64,000 nt of DNA from Spirochaetia bacterium (GTDB lineage: Bacteria; Spirochaetota; Spirochaetia; SP-2023): the NCBI GenBank assembly GCA_965263295.1, contig OZ253665.1:2016001-2080000 (forward strand). Direction: 5' to 3'. Below, one piece after another: positions 1 through 10,090 of the stretch. A program made the position numbers and the translations under genes. Position 1 is the stretch's first letter; every line of letters begins with the position of its first letter. Under the pieces are notes generated by a model that saw only the letters and a program-made list of their open reading frames with translations, did no database searches and had not been told where the DNA came from.

Positions 1-220
1 TAGTCAAACGGGCAAAGGTCTCGTGCATCATTGAGACTGTGCGCATCTGTTCCTTAGAGAACTTGCTTGGGCGCTTAAAATCGTACAGTCTCACGCGCTT
101 GCGCCGCTTTGGCTTACCCCCATTGTTCTCAGCCAAGGCCACATCTGGCGAGAGCTCCTCACCACTTGATATAGAATTCAGCAGCTCGTCTATCTCGTCC
201 TGGGAAAGCGCTTCTGTCAT
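1..220 (-). CDS. fliM: flagellar motor switch protein FliM, 5' part (runs off the window start)
   Basis: Hand translation from ATG at 220: MTEALSQDEIDELLNSISSG...VRLYDFKRPSKFSKEQMRTVSMMHETFARL. Contains the LSQxEID CheY-binding peptide and YDFKRP motif; directly downstream of fliL. Confidence 0.95.
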   Translation of the reverse strand, partial: MTEALSQDEIDELLNSISSGEELSPDVALAENNGGKPKRRKRVRLYDFKRPSKFSKEQMRTVSMMHETFARLT

Positions 221-255
221 GCCCTATCCTTTCTACCTAGTAAAAACTGCGAAAA

Positions 256-810
256 TCAAAAATCCAAAACCTGGAAATTTGTAAACACAGCTTCTTCAAT
301 CTTACCGTTCTGTAATAACTCGTTGACCCTGATTTTTAACTCTTCCTTGACGCGGTCCTCGTTGGTGCTACTGAGTTCGCGCGCCGTATGACTGGAGAAG
401 TACTTGCGAAAAAAGTCTGTAAGCTGGGGCTTACGCCGCGTCAACTCTTCACTAAGGTTGGGAAACTTTTCACCGTCGTACCCCAATTCTATTTTCACGG
501 TCACCGAACGCGGAGACGCATCCGCAGTACGGGTCCGCAAATCTGGGATCTGGTCATAGTACGTGTAAATCGGATTATTGACAGTGAATTCGTTCGAAAT
601 CTGTGTCAGCTGCGTGTTGCGATCGCCACTGTCCAAAATTTTATTCGTAAAATAAGAAACTACCACCATGACGATAAGAAAAATTAAAGCGACCGCGACA
701 TAGACTAAAGCCTTTACTATTAGACTACTGCCATTCTTGCGTCTCTTAAGTCCCTTTGAATCGCCAGCGCTTTCTTCGGCAACTTCTTCTACTACTTCAT
801 CATCCGCCAT
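256..810 (-). CDS. fliL: flagellar basal body-associated protein FliL
   Basis: 184 aa, single N-terminal TM helix, C-terminal ELKIRVNELL..GKIEEAVFTNF; SD GGGAGG; upstream of fliM. Confidence 0.9.
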   Translation of the reverse strand: MADDEVVEEVAEESAGDSKGLKRRKNGSSLIVKALVYVAVALIFLIVMVVVSYFTNKILDSGDRNTQLTQISNEFTVNNPIYTYYDQIPDLRTRTADASPRSVTVKIELGYDGEKFPNLSEELTRRKPQLTDFFRKYFSSHTARELSSTNEDRVKEELKIRVNELLQNGKIEEAVFTNFQVLDF

Positions 811-888
811 TGATTTCCTCCCTGGTCCTTAATTGCACCAACTGCAAGCCAGTTCTTTGAAGCAAATTTTACAGGATTTCAGATACTC

Positions 889-917
889 ATAATATGAAGT
901 TTATGACTTTTTTTCAA
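889..917 (-). promoter_or_regulatory. sigma70-type promoter for fliL-fliM
   Basis: Minus strand TTGAAA (917-912), 17-nt spacer, TATTAT (894-889). Confidence 0.55.
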
Positions 918-1167
918 GCCGGAAATACTTCCCAAGTGACACGATGCACCACATAATTGACAATATTGCGACAGAACACAGCAAAACATTCGCCAAGTGC
1001 GACCCAAGCCACCTCAACATTCTCGTTGACCAAGGCTAAAACTTAAGTTATTTCTACGAGCAGTGCCTAAATTAAAAGATTTTTGAAATACGTACCTCTA
1101 TCTTTATTAAAAAGAGCGTAATTCTTGAACTTTACTAATATTAAAAATATTTGTAATATATTTACAA

Positions 1168-2907
1168 ATGTCTTATTTATTTTGGGTTTTCTTATCAGGC
1201 TTAGTTTTTCTTACACTTCTTTTAGCCTACATTTTTAACTACCTTAGAAGTAAAAGTAGTAACAATAGCCATGAAGGCCAGCCGAAAGAGCAATATGGCT
1301 CAAAAGACCTGCGAGAAATGGCCAAGTTACTCAATAGCGGCGGGACTGAGAATGCCCGCTTGGTTATTGGGCAACTAAGTGGGCGTAAGCTAAAAGGTCG
1401 CGAGACAGCCGATCTCCTTGCTCTACGCATGCGAGCTTACTTTAAACTCAAGGAACACAACAATTCCCTAAACAGTGCCTTACAACTATCCCGCCAACCG
1501 AGCTATGGCCGCTTCTGCTCAGAAATTGAACTGATTAAGCATTTGGCCTTTAACTATGCCATATTAGGACATAATGAAAAATCCTACAACGAATACATAC
1601 TGCTGGTTCAGAAATGCCCCCAAAATATAGAATATCTTTACGGCGCCGCAAATCAAGCCTTAAAAATGAGGCAATACGAGACGGCTATTTCCTTGTTTGA
1701 AAAGGTCTTGCAAAAAGATGCAAACCATGGGGCCAGCCTTTGCAAACTAGGCCGTATTTTTTATGAAAAGAAGCTCTATACTCAGGCTTTAGACTATTTG
1801 AACCGCGCATACTACTGTAATTATGACTCAAACGAGCTCCGCTACTACCTGGCCTTAAACCTGATGCAGACCAGCGGTAGAGATATGGCAGCCCTAACCC
1901 TGCTGAGCCGCGTTTCCAAAGACCCAGCCTGGGCCAAACGAGCACTCCCACGGCTGGTTAAGCTCTCCCAAAAGATGAGAAATTATCCGAAAGTCGTGGC
2001 AGCTATTGATGAATATCGCAATCTTTTTGCCAAAGAGAGTGGCAAAAACTTTCTGAATGAGCTGACTTTGCTGCAGGCCAGTGCTTACAGGCACATGCAC
2101 CACCTAGACAAAGCCTGTAATTTATGGGCACAAATTCCCTGCGACAGTTTACACTACGCAGAAGCCCAAGAGCAATTCCTGCTATTCAAGGAATTCGTTG
2201 AACCCGGCATTTTCTATGACTACATACACGCCAAGCCCCAAGATTTTGTCAAGCTTTGTACAAAGGTCTGTGACTTTAGCATTATTGCAGAAGGGCCCAA
2301 ACGCCAGTTTTTCTTGGAAGGACATCGGTTAGAGCTTATCTCAGGAGGAGACGACAGCCCTGCAAGCATTGCAGCTGAACAGTCAGAAGCGGGGCATCTT
2401 CAAGTTGGAACCAGCCGATACGACAAAGAACCAACCATTATGGGAGCACTAGTTCTCCAACGCTTTCAGGAACGCAGGGATTCCAGTAGAGACAAAATTA
2501 ATAAACTTGCTCCTATTCTTCATTTTTATTTGCGCCTTGATCAATCTTTTAGAGAAGAGGACCTACAATACAACTTATATACGCTTGGCATTGATTTTGA
2601 AAAAGATTATGAGAGAGTCATCAATATTCACATATATGCTTTCCATCGTGTCTCTCCAGCAACATTCGCCCATAGAAACAATATAAATATAATGGTTCAT
2701 CAGCCAAAAGAATTCCAAGAAGAGCTGCTAAACTTTGGGCACAAACAACCCAGTACAGCTGCTACCCCAAACAAAGAAAATACAAACAGCAATACCCATT
2801 TGTTGGAGAATTCTAAACAGCAAGCACAAGAAAAGCTTGATCAAGCTGCTAATTCTGCCGGTTTTCAGCCAATGTCTCCGATTCAAGTCAGTAGCCAGAA
2901 CCATTAA
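1168..2907 (+). CDS. membrane-anchored tetratricopeptide-repeat protein
   Basis: 579 aa; N-terminal TM, then TPR-like helices (YETAISLFEKVLQKDANHGASLCKLGRIFYEKKLYTQALDYL); low-complexity C-tail. Confidence 0.75.
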   Translation: MSYLFWVFLSGLVFLTLLLAYIFNYLRSKSSNNSHEGQPKEQYGSKDLREMAKLLNSGGTENARLVIGQLSGRKLKGRETADLLALRMRAYFKLKEHNNSLNSALQLSRQPSYGRFCSEIELIKHLAFNYAILGHNEKSYNEYILLVQKCPQNIEYLYGAANQALKMRQYETAISLFEKVLQKDANHGASLCKLGRIFYEKKLYTQALDYLNRAYYCNYDSNELRYYLALNLMQTSGRDMAALTLLSRVSKDPAWAKRALPRLVKLSQKMRNYPKVVAAIDEYRNLFAKESGKNFLNELTLLQASAYRHMHHLDKACNLWAQIPCDSLHYAEAQEQFLLFKEFVEPGIFYDYIHAKPQDFVKLCTKVCDFSIIAEGPKRQFFLEGHRLELISGGDDSPASIAAEQSEAGHLQVGTSRYDKEPTIMGALVLQRFQERRDSSRDKINKLAPILHFYLRLDQSFREEDLQYNLYTLGIDFEKDYERVINIHIYAFHRVSPATFAHRNNINIMVHQPKEFQEELLNFGHKQPSTAATPNKENTNSNTHLLENSKQQAQEKLDQAANSAGFQPMSPIQVSSQNH

Positions 2908-2989
2908 ACCAAAGCTAACCGGAAAAGCCCACAGGCAAACACCTCGATTGATTTTAAATCGGGGAAAAGCAAGACGAAAAAATTAAAAA

Positions 2990-3865
2990 TCACACATTAA
3001 TAAGCAATAGACTACGCTGGTGTTTACATTGTGGTAATTCAAACAAGCTATGGCAGCTTGTTCTCAGGTGCAAAGCCGCAAGCTCTTCTTCGGCCAATTG
3101 CCAGCTACCTTTATACAACAGGGCAGATCTTAGCCAAGGTACAACAGCAGATTCACCCGGCTGCAGTTGAAGCTTTACAAACACCTGACGCAACTGTTTC
3201 CAGCTCTTCCTATCCAAGGGGCGGAAGGCCCGACAAGTGACAATACGCTGTAGCAGTCCCGCGGGAATTTTCTGGGCCCACTGGAGCATATCCTGATCGG
3301 CACTACCTTGTAGTTTTGACCATTGTTCAACCGGATGTTCACAAACCGTGACGACATCGCGCAAGCCCAATTCAATCAGCATAGACCGCAAAATATTGGC
3401 CCGCCGAACGCCAGGCTCAATCAAATAGACCTGCAGAACACTTTCGTTGGGCTGCATCTGGCAATACAATTTGAGACACAGCGCAAGAGGTATACCCGGC
3501 AACCCTAGCCCACTGCCGACATCAATGATTTGCATATGGGCAGAGCAGCCCTGTTGCTCCCGTAAACGGCCCTGTGCAAGCAGCAAAATCGCGCCACTAA
3601 CACTGTCCAACAGATGCAAAGGCACAAAGTCCCGTTCATTCTGTTCACCAAGCAGGTGAAATGCCTCATGCCATTGTAACAGTATCTGCGCATATGCTTT
3701 TAGGCATTCACTCAGAAAAGGCAGCGACTCCCGCCACCAAGCAGTCAATGCATTCCAATCTCTGCCTGCAGCTACATTAGGTGGATTAATACCGACTTTC
3801 AAATGATCGGGTAATTCAGCTAGCCCTTGCCTCAACAATTGCTCTTGGCTCTGGTTCCACTCCAA
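2990..3865 (-). CDS. rsmG: 16S rRNA m7G527 methyltransferase RsmG/GidB
   Basis: Motifs HLLDS, IIDVGSGLGLPGIPLA (SAM-binding), VTCRAF, LLYKG; TTG start uncertain. Confidence 0.85.
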   Translation of the reverse strand: MEWNQSQEQLLRQGLAELPDHLKVGINPPNVAAGRDWNALTAWWRESLPFLSECLKAYAQILLQWHEAFHLLGEQNERDFVPLHLLDSVSGAILLLAQGRLREQQGCSAHMQIIDVGSGLGLPGIPLALCLKLYCQMQPNESVLQVYLIEPGVRRANILRSMLIELGLRDVVTVCEHPVEQWSKLQGSADQDMLQWAQKIPAGLLQRIVTCRAFRPLDRKSWKQLRQVFVKLQLQPGESAVVPWLRSALLYKGSWQLAEEELAALHLRTSCHSLFELPQCKHQRSLLLINV

Positions 3866-3878
3866 AATATCACATCCA

Positions 3879-5018
3879 CTACAAAGGCAGACTCAAAATT
3901 AAAAAGAGGGATCCCCATACAATCATGACAAGCAAGGCTGCTATTTCGACACCGGCGCTCAACTTCTCAACTTTGCCGGCGCCTTGCGCACCACCTAAGC
4001 GCAAAGCATTTATCACCAGTGACTCTGCCCCTTTCTTGCTCCCAATCACGGCAAAACTAAGCAGAGTCATGGCTATCATGCCACCAATTGAAACCCCAAC
4101 GACCAAAAAGATCGTTATCCCAAGTATCTGATTCAACAGGCCAAACATCAACATAACAGAACAGACCGGACACGGTATCAGCCCAACTCCCAAGGCCAGG
4201 AACCAAGACGAATTGGGCGTATTTTCACTCGTCTGAGTTTCCTGATCGCACTCTGCATGCAGCTTTTTATGATGCTGATGGTTGTGTCCGGTTTCATGTG
4301 CATGATTATGCTTATGCACATGGCTGTGTCCGTGACCACAACAGTTATGGCCACCTCTCAGGTGGGATACCAAGTGCAAAACTCCCCAAATTACAATAAT
4401 GCTATAACTAATAACCGAAACGATGCTTTCGACCCAAAAACTTTGCGAAAAAGTTAAACTCAGAATCTTGTATGTCAAAAACACCACCAAGGCCGCGGAG
4501 ACACTGTCAACAATATTAATAAGGGCACTCAGCCACAGCCCTTGCTTTAAAGAAGCATTTTGTGTCATGAAGTAACTGACAGTAAACGTTTTGCCGTGCC
4601 CAGGCCCGATGACGTGAAGAAAGCCAAACACGATGGCTAATACCAAACCCAAAATGTACAAATACCAGGAATCAGACCAACGACTACGTTTAAGCTCCAG
4701 CGCTGTGCGGCTGACTTTAGCCTGCATACTGCGCTGCCATTCTCTAAACCACGGGGGCAAAACGGTTATGCGCAGCAACTTCGCACGCCAATTCAATTGT
4801 CTCGTCCCAACCTCCGCCTTACTTGAGCCAATCTGACTAGGCTGCGCTTCGACACTATCAGTTGCATTGCTGTTTGCTCCGCGTCCGCCCCGCTTAAACG
4901 GATCTTGCTGTGCGGCCAAGCTATTGCTCACAAAATAAAGAAATAGCATAAAAAATCCAGCGAGCAAATTCAAGCCAAACTGATTCAGGGCCTCACTTTT
5001 GGCTAGACGATATTTCAA
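3879..5018 (-). CDS. RcnA/HoxN-like (NiCoT superfamily) Ni/Co/Zn transporter
   Basis: GFLHVIGPGHGKT motif, His-rich loop (HNCCGHGHSHVHKHNHAHE), GLIPCP motif, multiple TM helices. Confidence 0.85.
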   Translation of the reverse strand: MKYRLAKSEALNQFGLNLLAGFFMLFLYFVSNSLAAQQDPFKRGGRGANSNATDSVEAQPSQIGSSKAEVGTRQLNWRAKLLRITVLPPWFREWQRSMQAKVSRTALELKRSRWSDSWYLYILGLVLAIVFGFLHVIGPGHGKTFTVSYFMTQNASLKQGLWLSALINIVDSVSAALVVFLTYKILSLTFSQSFWVESIVSVISYSIIVIWGVLHLVSHLRGGHNCCGHGHSHVHKHNHAHETGHNHQHHKKLHAECDQETQTSENTPNSSWFLALGVGLIPCPVCSVMLMFGLLNQILGITIFLVVGVSIGGMIAMTLLSFAVIGSKKGAESLVINALRLGGAQGAGKVEKLSAGVEIAALLVMIVWGSLFLILSLPL

Positions 5019-5046
5019 ATTCCTTACCTCCCGTTTGAAATTACTA

Positions 5047-5781
5047 TCAAGAACTTTTCACGCTGACAGCTCTTACTGGATAGGGCCCCCATATCAAATT
5101 CTGTACTGTAAATTCTTTACTGCTAAAATGCACTCCAGCAGCGCTGAGCCCGGGCTTCAGCAAAGAATCAAAGGCTATATAGTATTCCTGATCTTCCAGA
5201 TAAACTATGTATTCTTGCCCCGCTCCGAGTGGAAGCCCTTTTCCTTCATGTTCCGGAAATGGGACAAAGAACTTATAAATAATCTTGCCATCCTCGATGG
5301 AAGCATGGAAATCCTTTGCTGTCCCCAAGGATAAATTTTGTCGTTTACCGGCTCCCACTTTTTTCACAAACAGGAAGTAATTAATCTCTTTCAGGTGTAC
5401 AAAAGCCTGCTCATAAACAGGATTTTGTTCCTCTGGGTCTAATTTACCATTTTTATTGCGATCAAAATCAAAAATCAGCATGGAGCTGTAAATCTGATCA
5501 AAGCTCCAGCGAACCTCCGTCCCATTTAAAAATGAACCATCTGACGACAAGCGCGGACTCAGTAAGCCATCAATAAAGATGTGTGGGTGTGCCATTAATT
5601 GGCCAAACCCCAACAATAGACCTAATAAAGCCCCCCAAATAATTCGACACAGCCTATTAATTTTGCCATTGTCATACATATATTTTTTTAAATTATTAAG
5701 CTTCATCATTTTGTATAAGCACCTCAAATACATAAGGAGACAGAGTCTAACTGAGAAAAATTTGACAACAAAGCAATGCAT
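5047..5781 (-). CDS. DUF1007-family periplasmic metal-binding protein (real start probably ~5679)
   Basis: Signal peptide ending LMA followed by HPHIFID; W.FD..YS and EF-hand-like DFDRNKNGKLD; adjacent to the RcnA-like permease, the usual pairing. Confidence 0.8.
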   Translation of the reverse strand: MHCFVVKFFSVRLCLLMYLRCLYKMMKLNNLKKYMYDNGKINRLCRIIWGALLGLLLGFGQLMAHPHIFIDGLLSPRLSSDGSFLNGTEVRWSFDQIYSSMLIFDFDRNKNGKLDPEEQNPVYEQAFVHLKEINYFLFVKKVGAGKRQNLSLGTAKDFHASIEDGKIIYKFFVPFPEHEGKGLPLGAGQEYIVYLEDQEYYIAFDSLLKPGLSAAGVHFSSKEFTVQNLIWGPYPVRAVSVKSS

Positions 5782-6099
5782 ATTTTGATTACAAAATACT
5801 CTAAGATATATTATGAAATGGAGCCATAATTTTCCAATAAATATTTTTATCCGTTAAAATTTGCTTCGTATATGTGAACTAATGAAGAAAACCGAATTGT
5901 TTCTCACGCATTGCTCCTTTTATCCGGAATACAATACTAGTCAGCTCAATTATTATCATTTATATATTACTGAAAATTAGTCTTTGATTCCACTTGTGAA
6001 TCCCCATCCTACAGCTATTGTATAAAAAGCTTAACTTTCGATATATTTCAATGAACTGAAATCGAAATAAATTACAATATTTTATATAAGGGATTATTT

Positions 6100-6720
6100 A
6101 TGATGAAAACTATAACAATTGTTGACGGTGGTTACTTTAAAAAAGTTGTTGTCGTAAAGCATAAACTGGCACACCGGCAATATACAGATTTTTTATATGA
6201 TAATATTCGCTGCTGTGAAGACGAGGATGAAGAGATAATGCGCATCCTCTACTATGACTGCCTGCGCTACGAAGGAGAACAAACCCTCCCCATTTCAGGT
6301 AAAGCCAAACGGTTTCACGGCAACCCTACCGAGTTTGATGGACTGGCCGCTTATGATCTAATGGCAATTCGCTTAGGTGAACTGCGATTTCGAGGTTTCA
6401 TCCTGAAACAGGAGGGCAACAGCTTTAACCGCCTCCTCAACGATAACGATTTCTTGGCTAGCTTTGAGCAGAAAGGCGTAGATATGCGCATTGGGCTGGA
6501 CATCGCTCACTACTCCGAAAGGCGCCTAGTCGATCGTATCATCCTCATCAGCAATGACACCAACTGCATACCTGCCATGAAAGAAGCCCGTAAAAATGGC
6601 GTACAAGTTATAACAGTGGAGTTCGCGGGACAAAGCTTGCATCGCGATCTGGTAAAACACAGTGACTTTGTTCGGCCTCGCGACATTATTGACCCCGATC
6701 TGGAATGGGAGAACTCATAA
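6100..6720 (+). CDS. NYN domain (LabA/DUF88, PIN-like) protein
   Basis: IVDGGYF, RILYYDC, QKGVDMRIGLDI, IILISND...AMKEARKNGVQV motifs. Confidence 0.85.
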   Translation: MMKTITIVDGGYFKKVVVVKHKLAHRQYTDFLYDNIRCCEDEDEEIMRILYYDCLRYEGEQTLPISGKAKRFHGNPTEFDGLAAYDLMAIRLGELRFRGFILKQEGNSFNRLLNDNDFLASFEQKGVDMRIGLDIAHYSERRLVDRIILISNDTNCIPAMKEARKNGVQVITVEFAGQSLHRDLVKHSDFVRPRDIIDPDLEWENS

Positions 6721-6740
6721 AGAACATCAATCGACAACGC

Positions 6741-8219
6741 CTATGGATCCCCAGATTTTTCTTGGGTTTCCCGAAATACCACTTGCAATACTTCTTCAAT
6801 TTTAGCCAAACGGACGAGCTTTAAGTCAGAAGTAATATTTGGTTTAACCTTTTGTTCCTGTTGCCTGACAGGCAATATCAATTGTTGCATGCCAAATTCG
6901 GCCGCGCTGCGCAAACGCTGTTCTTCATGCTTGATTGGCCGCAGCTCCCCAGCTAACGACAGTTCGGCGGCTGAAGTCCAGTTCTGTGGTAAGGCCTTGC
7001 CCAGCCGTGCGCTGAGTAGCGCCAATGCCAACGGCAGATCCAAAGCTATGTCCTGTAGACGCAGACCTCCAGCCACATTGATATAAATATCTTGGTCAGA
7101 AAATAAAACTCCCGTGTGGCGCTCTAATACCGCCGCAATCCGCGAAACTCGGGCATTATCCAGGCGGTCGGCAAAAATACGCGACACCGCACCCTTCGCC
7201 GCCACGGTCAGCGCCTGGACTTCCACCAGCAGGCTGCGTGAACCCTCGTGCACTGGCCCAATGGCTATGCCCGCAGGCAAGTTTCCTTCACGCTGCGACA
7301 AAAAATACAGTTGCGGACTTTCCAGCTCTTCTAGGCCCGCATTGCCCATTTGCAGAATTCCCATTTCTGATGTCGGACCAAAACGGTTCTTGTTGGCCTG
7401 CAAAATACGCAAGTCGTGCTCACCATGCTCAAAGTAAACCACACAGTCCACCATATGCTCCACCGTGCGCGGCCCAGCGATAATTCCATCCTTTGTCAAA
7501 TGGGCAACCAGTAACATGGTCAGCTGGTACTCGCGGCAACAATCCTGTAAAACCTGAGTTATGTGGCGAAGTTGCGACGGCGTTCCCGGAACCATGCCAA
7601 GGCAGGGTTCCAAGATAGTCTGCAGGGAATCAATGATCAGCAGCTCGCCTTGCCGCTGCGCAATATCCGCCTCAGAAGGGCGGCGACGTATTTCGGCAAC
7701 GATATTGCCTAAATGGTTACTGCACAACAAAGAAAACTGACTTTCAGCGCAGCCTAAACGCTGCGCACGAATTTTCAACTGTAAGGCCGATTCTTCTGCG
7801 GAGACATAGGTTACACGGCGCTTCTGTCGCTGCAGGCGCGCAGCCACCTGCAATAATAAAGTTGATTTACCAATACCTGGCTCACCGCCCAACATTACCA
7901 CCGAACCCGGCACAAGCCCGCCACCCAACACACGGTCAAACTCAGCAAAACTACTGCTCAGGCGCTGGATTTTTGGCTTCGGCACTTCAGCAATCGCTAT
8001 AGCTTGATTGTGCCCCCGCTCTCCCCCTCTGATACCCGTACCCGCCCGTCCTTCGGCGGGAGCCGAAACACCGGACGGGCTGGAGGCCCCTAAGTGGCCA
8101 GAAGCCATGACTTGCTCCGAAAAGCTATTCCAAGCCCCACAATTGCGACAACGCCCTTGCCACTGACCTTCCTGTTGTCCACAGACAGAACAGATAAAAA
8201 TTTTTTTGAGCTTTGCCAT
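6741..8219 (-). CDS. radA: DNA repair protein RadA/Sms
   Basis: Zn finger CSVC...CRNC, Walker A GEPGIGKST, KNRFG motif, Lon-like C-terminal domain. Confidence 0.97.
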   Translation of the reverse strand: MAKLKKIFICSVCGQQEGQWQGRCRNCGAWNSFSEQVMASGHLGASSPSGVSAPAEGRAGTGIRGGERGHNQAIAIAEVPKPKIQRLSSSFAEFDRVLGGGLVPGSVVMLGGEPGIGKSTLLLQVAARLQRQKRRVTYVSAEESALQLKIRAQRLGCAESQFSLLCSNHLGNIVAEIRRRPSEADIAQRQGELLIIDSLQTILEPCLGMVPGTPSQLRHITQVLQDCCREYQLTMLLVAHLTKDGIIAGPRTVEHMVDCVVYFEHGEHDLRILQANKNRFGPTSEMGILQMGNAGLEELESPQLYFLSQREGNLPAGIAIGPVHEGSRSLLVEVQALTVAAKGAVSRIFADRLDNARVSRIAAVLERHTGVLFSDQDIYINVAGGLRLQDIALDLPLALALLSARLGKALPQNWTSAAELSLAGELRPIKHEEQRLRSAAEFGMQQLILPVRQQEQKVKPNITSDLKLVRLAKIEEVLQVVFRETQEKSGDP

Positions 8220-8414
8220 ACAAAAGTTACCTCGAAATTGCCCCTAAATTGTCAAAGGTCAAGCAAAATCATCGCCCGGTTTTTTCACATTTTTTTCGCA
8301 CGTATCAGATTAGACCCTCAACGAAGCCCTCCCTATCAGGGCCCCCAAGATTCCAATTTTTTCCAGGATTGCAACTTTTTCCAGTGCGAACTTTATGAAA
8401 TTAAGTTTACTATT

Positions 8415-9380
8415 TCAAGCACGAATGTTAATTACTTCGTAAACATAATGTTTAAACATCAGATCCTGCAAACCACTGCAAAGTTTTATATTCAAATTAT
8501 AACCTTGGTTTATTTTGTCAATTTTGCGCAGCTCCTCTAAATTATATTTTTGCACACCTCTCAGCATATCTGCCTTCAAAGCCTTCGTACGCACATATTC
8601 AGCAATACAAACATCTTCAAAGGAATCAAAGCGCATTCGCTCCTTGATTTGTAAAAGTTTGTACCACTGATACAGCAGCTGCATGATCAGGGAAACAATT
8701 TTTGAATGGCCCTGTAATAACAAGCTGTCCACAATTTGCAAGCTATGTCCGAGCTTGCGTTCTACCATGTAATGAAATAAATCATACACCGTCGCATCGC
8801 GACTTTGGGTAAAAATCTGGCGCAACAATTCTTCGCTGAGCAGTTCAACATCTCTCTGATTTTCCAAATACAGGAATACAGTCGCCAGCGTGCGCTCCAA
8901 AGTCACAATATCGTTAGAAACCCTCTCAAACAGAACTTCTATCGCTGAAGCTTCAATTCTCTTGCCATAACTTTGACAAAACGTTGTAATATGCTGTTTT
9001 TTTTCCTCTTCATTCAATTCCCAAAATACTTTCTGTTCACTTTTAGGAAATACTTTTTCTAACGCTGCTGAAACTTTATATTCTTTGCTAAAAAGGAAAA
9101 ATATGTTCTTTATATCCTTTGCCTTACGGCACAGAATGCAAAGCTCAGCCAAACGCTTTCGATCCTTGGAACTCAGCAAGTCAATATCTGAGAGCAGAAC
9201 AGGTGGAATATCACCAAACAAAGGCGGAGATAGCAGGAGGCTCTGCAGTTCATCCAAGCTTACGCTAGAAGCATGGTAGCTCTGCAACTGTTGCGTGGAA
9301 AGTTTATTCTTATGCAGAACTCTGGCCATGGTCTCGCGTTTGCGAAACTCCTCAGGACCTAAATACAAAAATAACTGCAT
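8415..9380 (-). CDS. holA: DNA polymerase III delta subunit
   Basis: LFLYLGPEEFRK start, SPPLFG motif, clamp-loader helical pattern; downstream of HPr as in other spirochaetes. Confidence 0.85.
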   Translation of the reverse strand: MQLFLYLGPEEFRKRETMARVLHKNKLSTQQLQSYHASSVSLDELQSLLLSPPLFGDIPPVLLSDIDLLSSKDRKRLAELCILCRKAKDIKNIFFLFSKEYKVSAALEKVFPKSEQKVFWELNEEEKKQHITTFCQSYGKRIEASAIEVLFERVSNDIVTLERTLATVFLYLENQRDVELLSEELLRQIFTQSRDATVYDLFHYMVERKLGHSLQIVDSLLLQGHSKIVSLIMQLLYQWYKLLQIKERMRFDSFEDVCIAEYVRTKALKADMLRGVQKYNLEELRKIDKINQGYNLNIKLCSGLQDLMFKHYVYEVINIRA

Positions 9381-9419
9381 TGTTACAGCCTACAGATAAG
9401 AATACTTGCTAGGAAACCT

Positions 9420-9677
9420 CTAATGGAAGCCATTAGCAAATAAATTTTCCAGAGCCTCAAGAACGGCCGTCTCGTCTTCTCCCTTGGCCTTAAGGGCAAA
9501 CTCGTCGCCCTTGGACAAACCCAAAGAAAGTATACCCAATATGGAACGGGCATCCACTACTTTATCGCGGTGAACTAACGCAACGGTGGCATTATACTGC
9601 ATTACGGTCTGCACTATCTTTGCCGACGGCGATGCGTGAATGCCTGAAGCATTGGTTACTTTAATCGTTTTCTCCAT
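9420..9677 (-). CDS. ptsH: HPr-family phosphocarrier protein
   Basis: MEKTIKVTNASGIHASPSA (His15 equivalent), VDARSILGILSLG (Ser46 equivalent); ATG at 9677. Confidence 0.88.
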   Translation of the reverse strand: MEKTIKVTNASGIHASPSAKIVQTVMQYNATVALVHRDKVVDARSILGILSLGLSKGDEFALKAKGEDETAVLEALENLFANGFH

Positions 9678-9701
9678 GGCTTGGGTCAGAATGATCACAT
9701 A

Positions 9702-10031
9702 TTAGAAATGTGGCGTGTGTTTACTACTGTCGCTGCGATGATGATCCACATGCTTTGAGTGCGCACGACGACATTTTTTTTCTAATTCTTCAAAGAGATG
9801 CTCCAAACCTGGATACAGTTCCCGACTGCTATGAGAGATATGACATTTGACCTTCCAGCGGAAATGGATATTAGCTGTCAGATTATGAAGATGCTCAGTC
9901 TCTTTATGAATGGTAATAGTTAAATCTTCAATATGCTCTTCAAATTTCTTAATGCGGTGCAACATTGAGTCAACAAATTGTCTGTTGTGGTCACTCACAT
10001 TAAACGCAGCACCCTTAAGCTGAAAGTTCAT
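9702..10031 (-). CDS. hpf: ribosome hibernation promoting factor (HPF/RaiA, short form)
   Basis: 109 aa with the HPF fold pattern, immediately downstream of rpoN. Confidence 0.8.
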   Translation of the reverse strand: MNFQLKGAAFNVSDHNRQFVDSMLHRIKKFEEHIEDLTITIHKETEHLHNLTANIHFRWKVKCHISHSSRELYPGLEHLFEELEKKCRRAHSKHVDHHRSDSSKHTPHF

Positions 10032-10090
10032 TCAGATATATCTCCTTAAATATATAAAATTAGGACTAGGACAGTCACAAGCAGAGTTTC

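Noticed and set aside
5948..5960. Fur-box-like AATGATAATAATT
   Set aside because: Only 12/19 to the consensus, in very AT-rich DNA.
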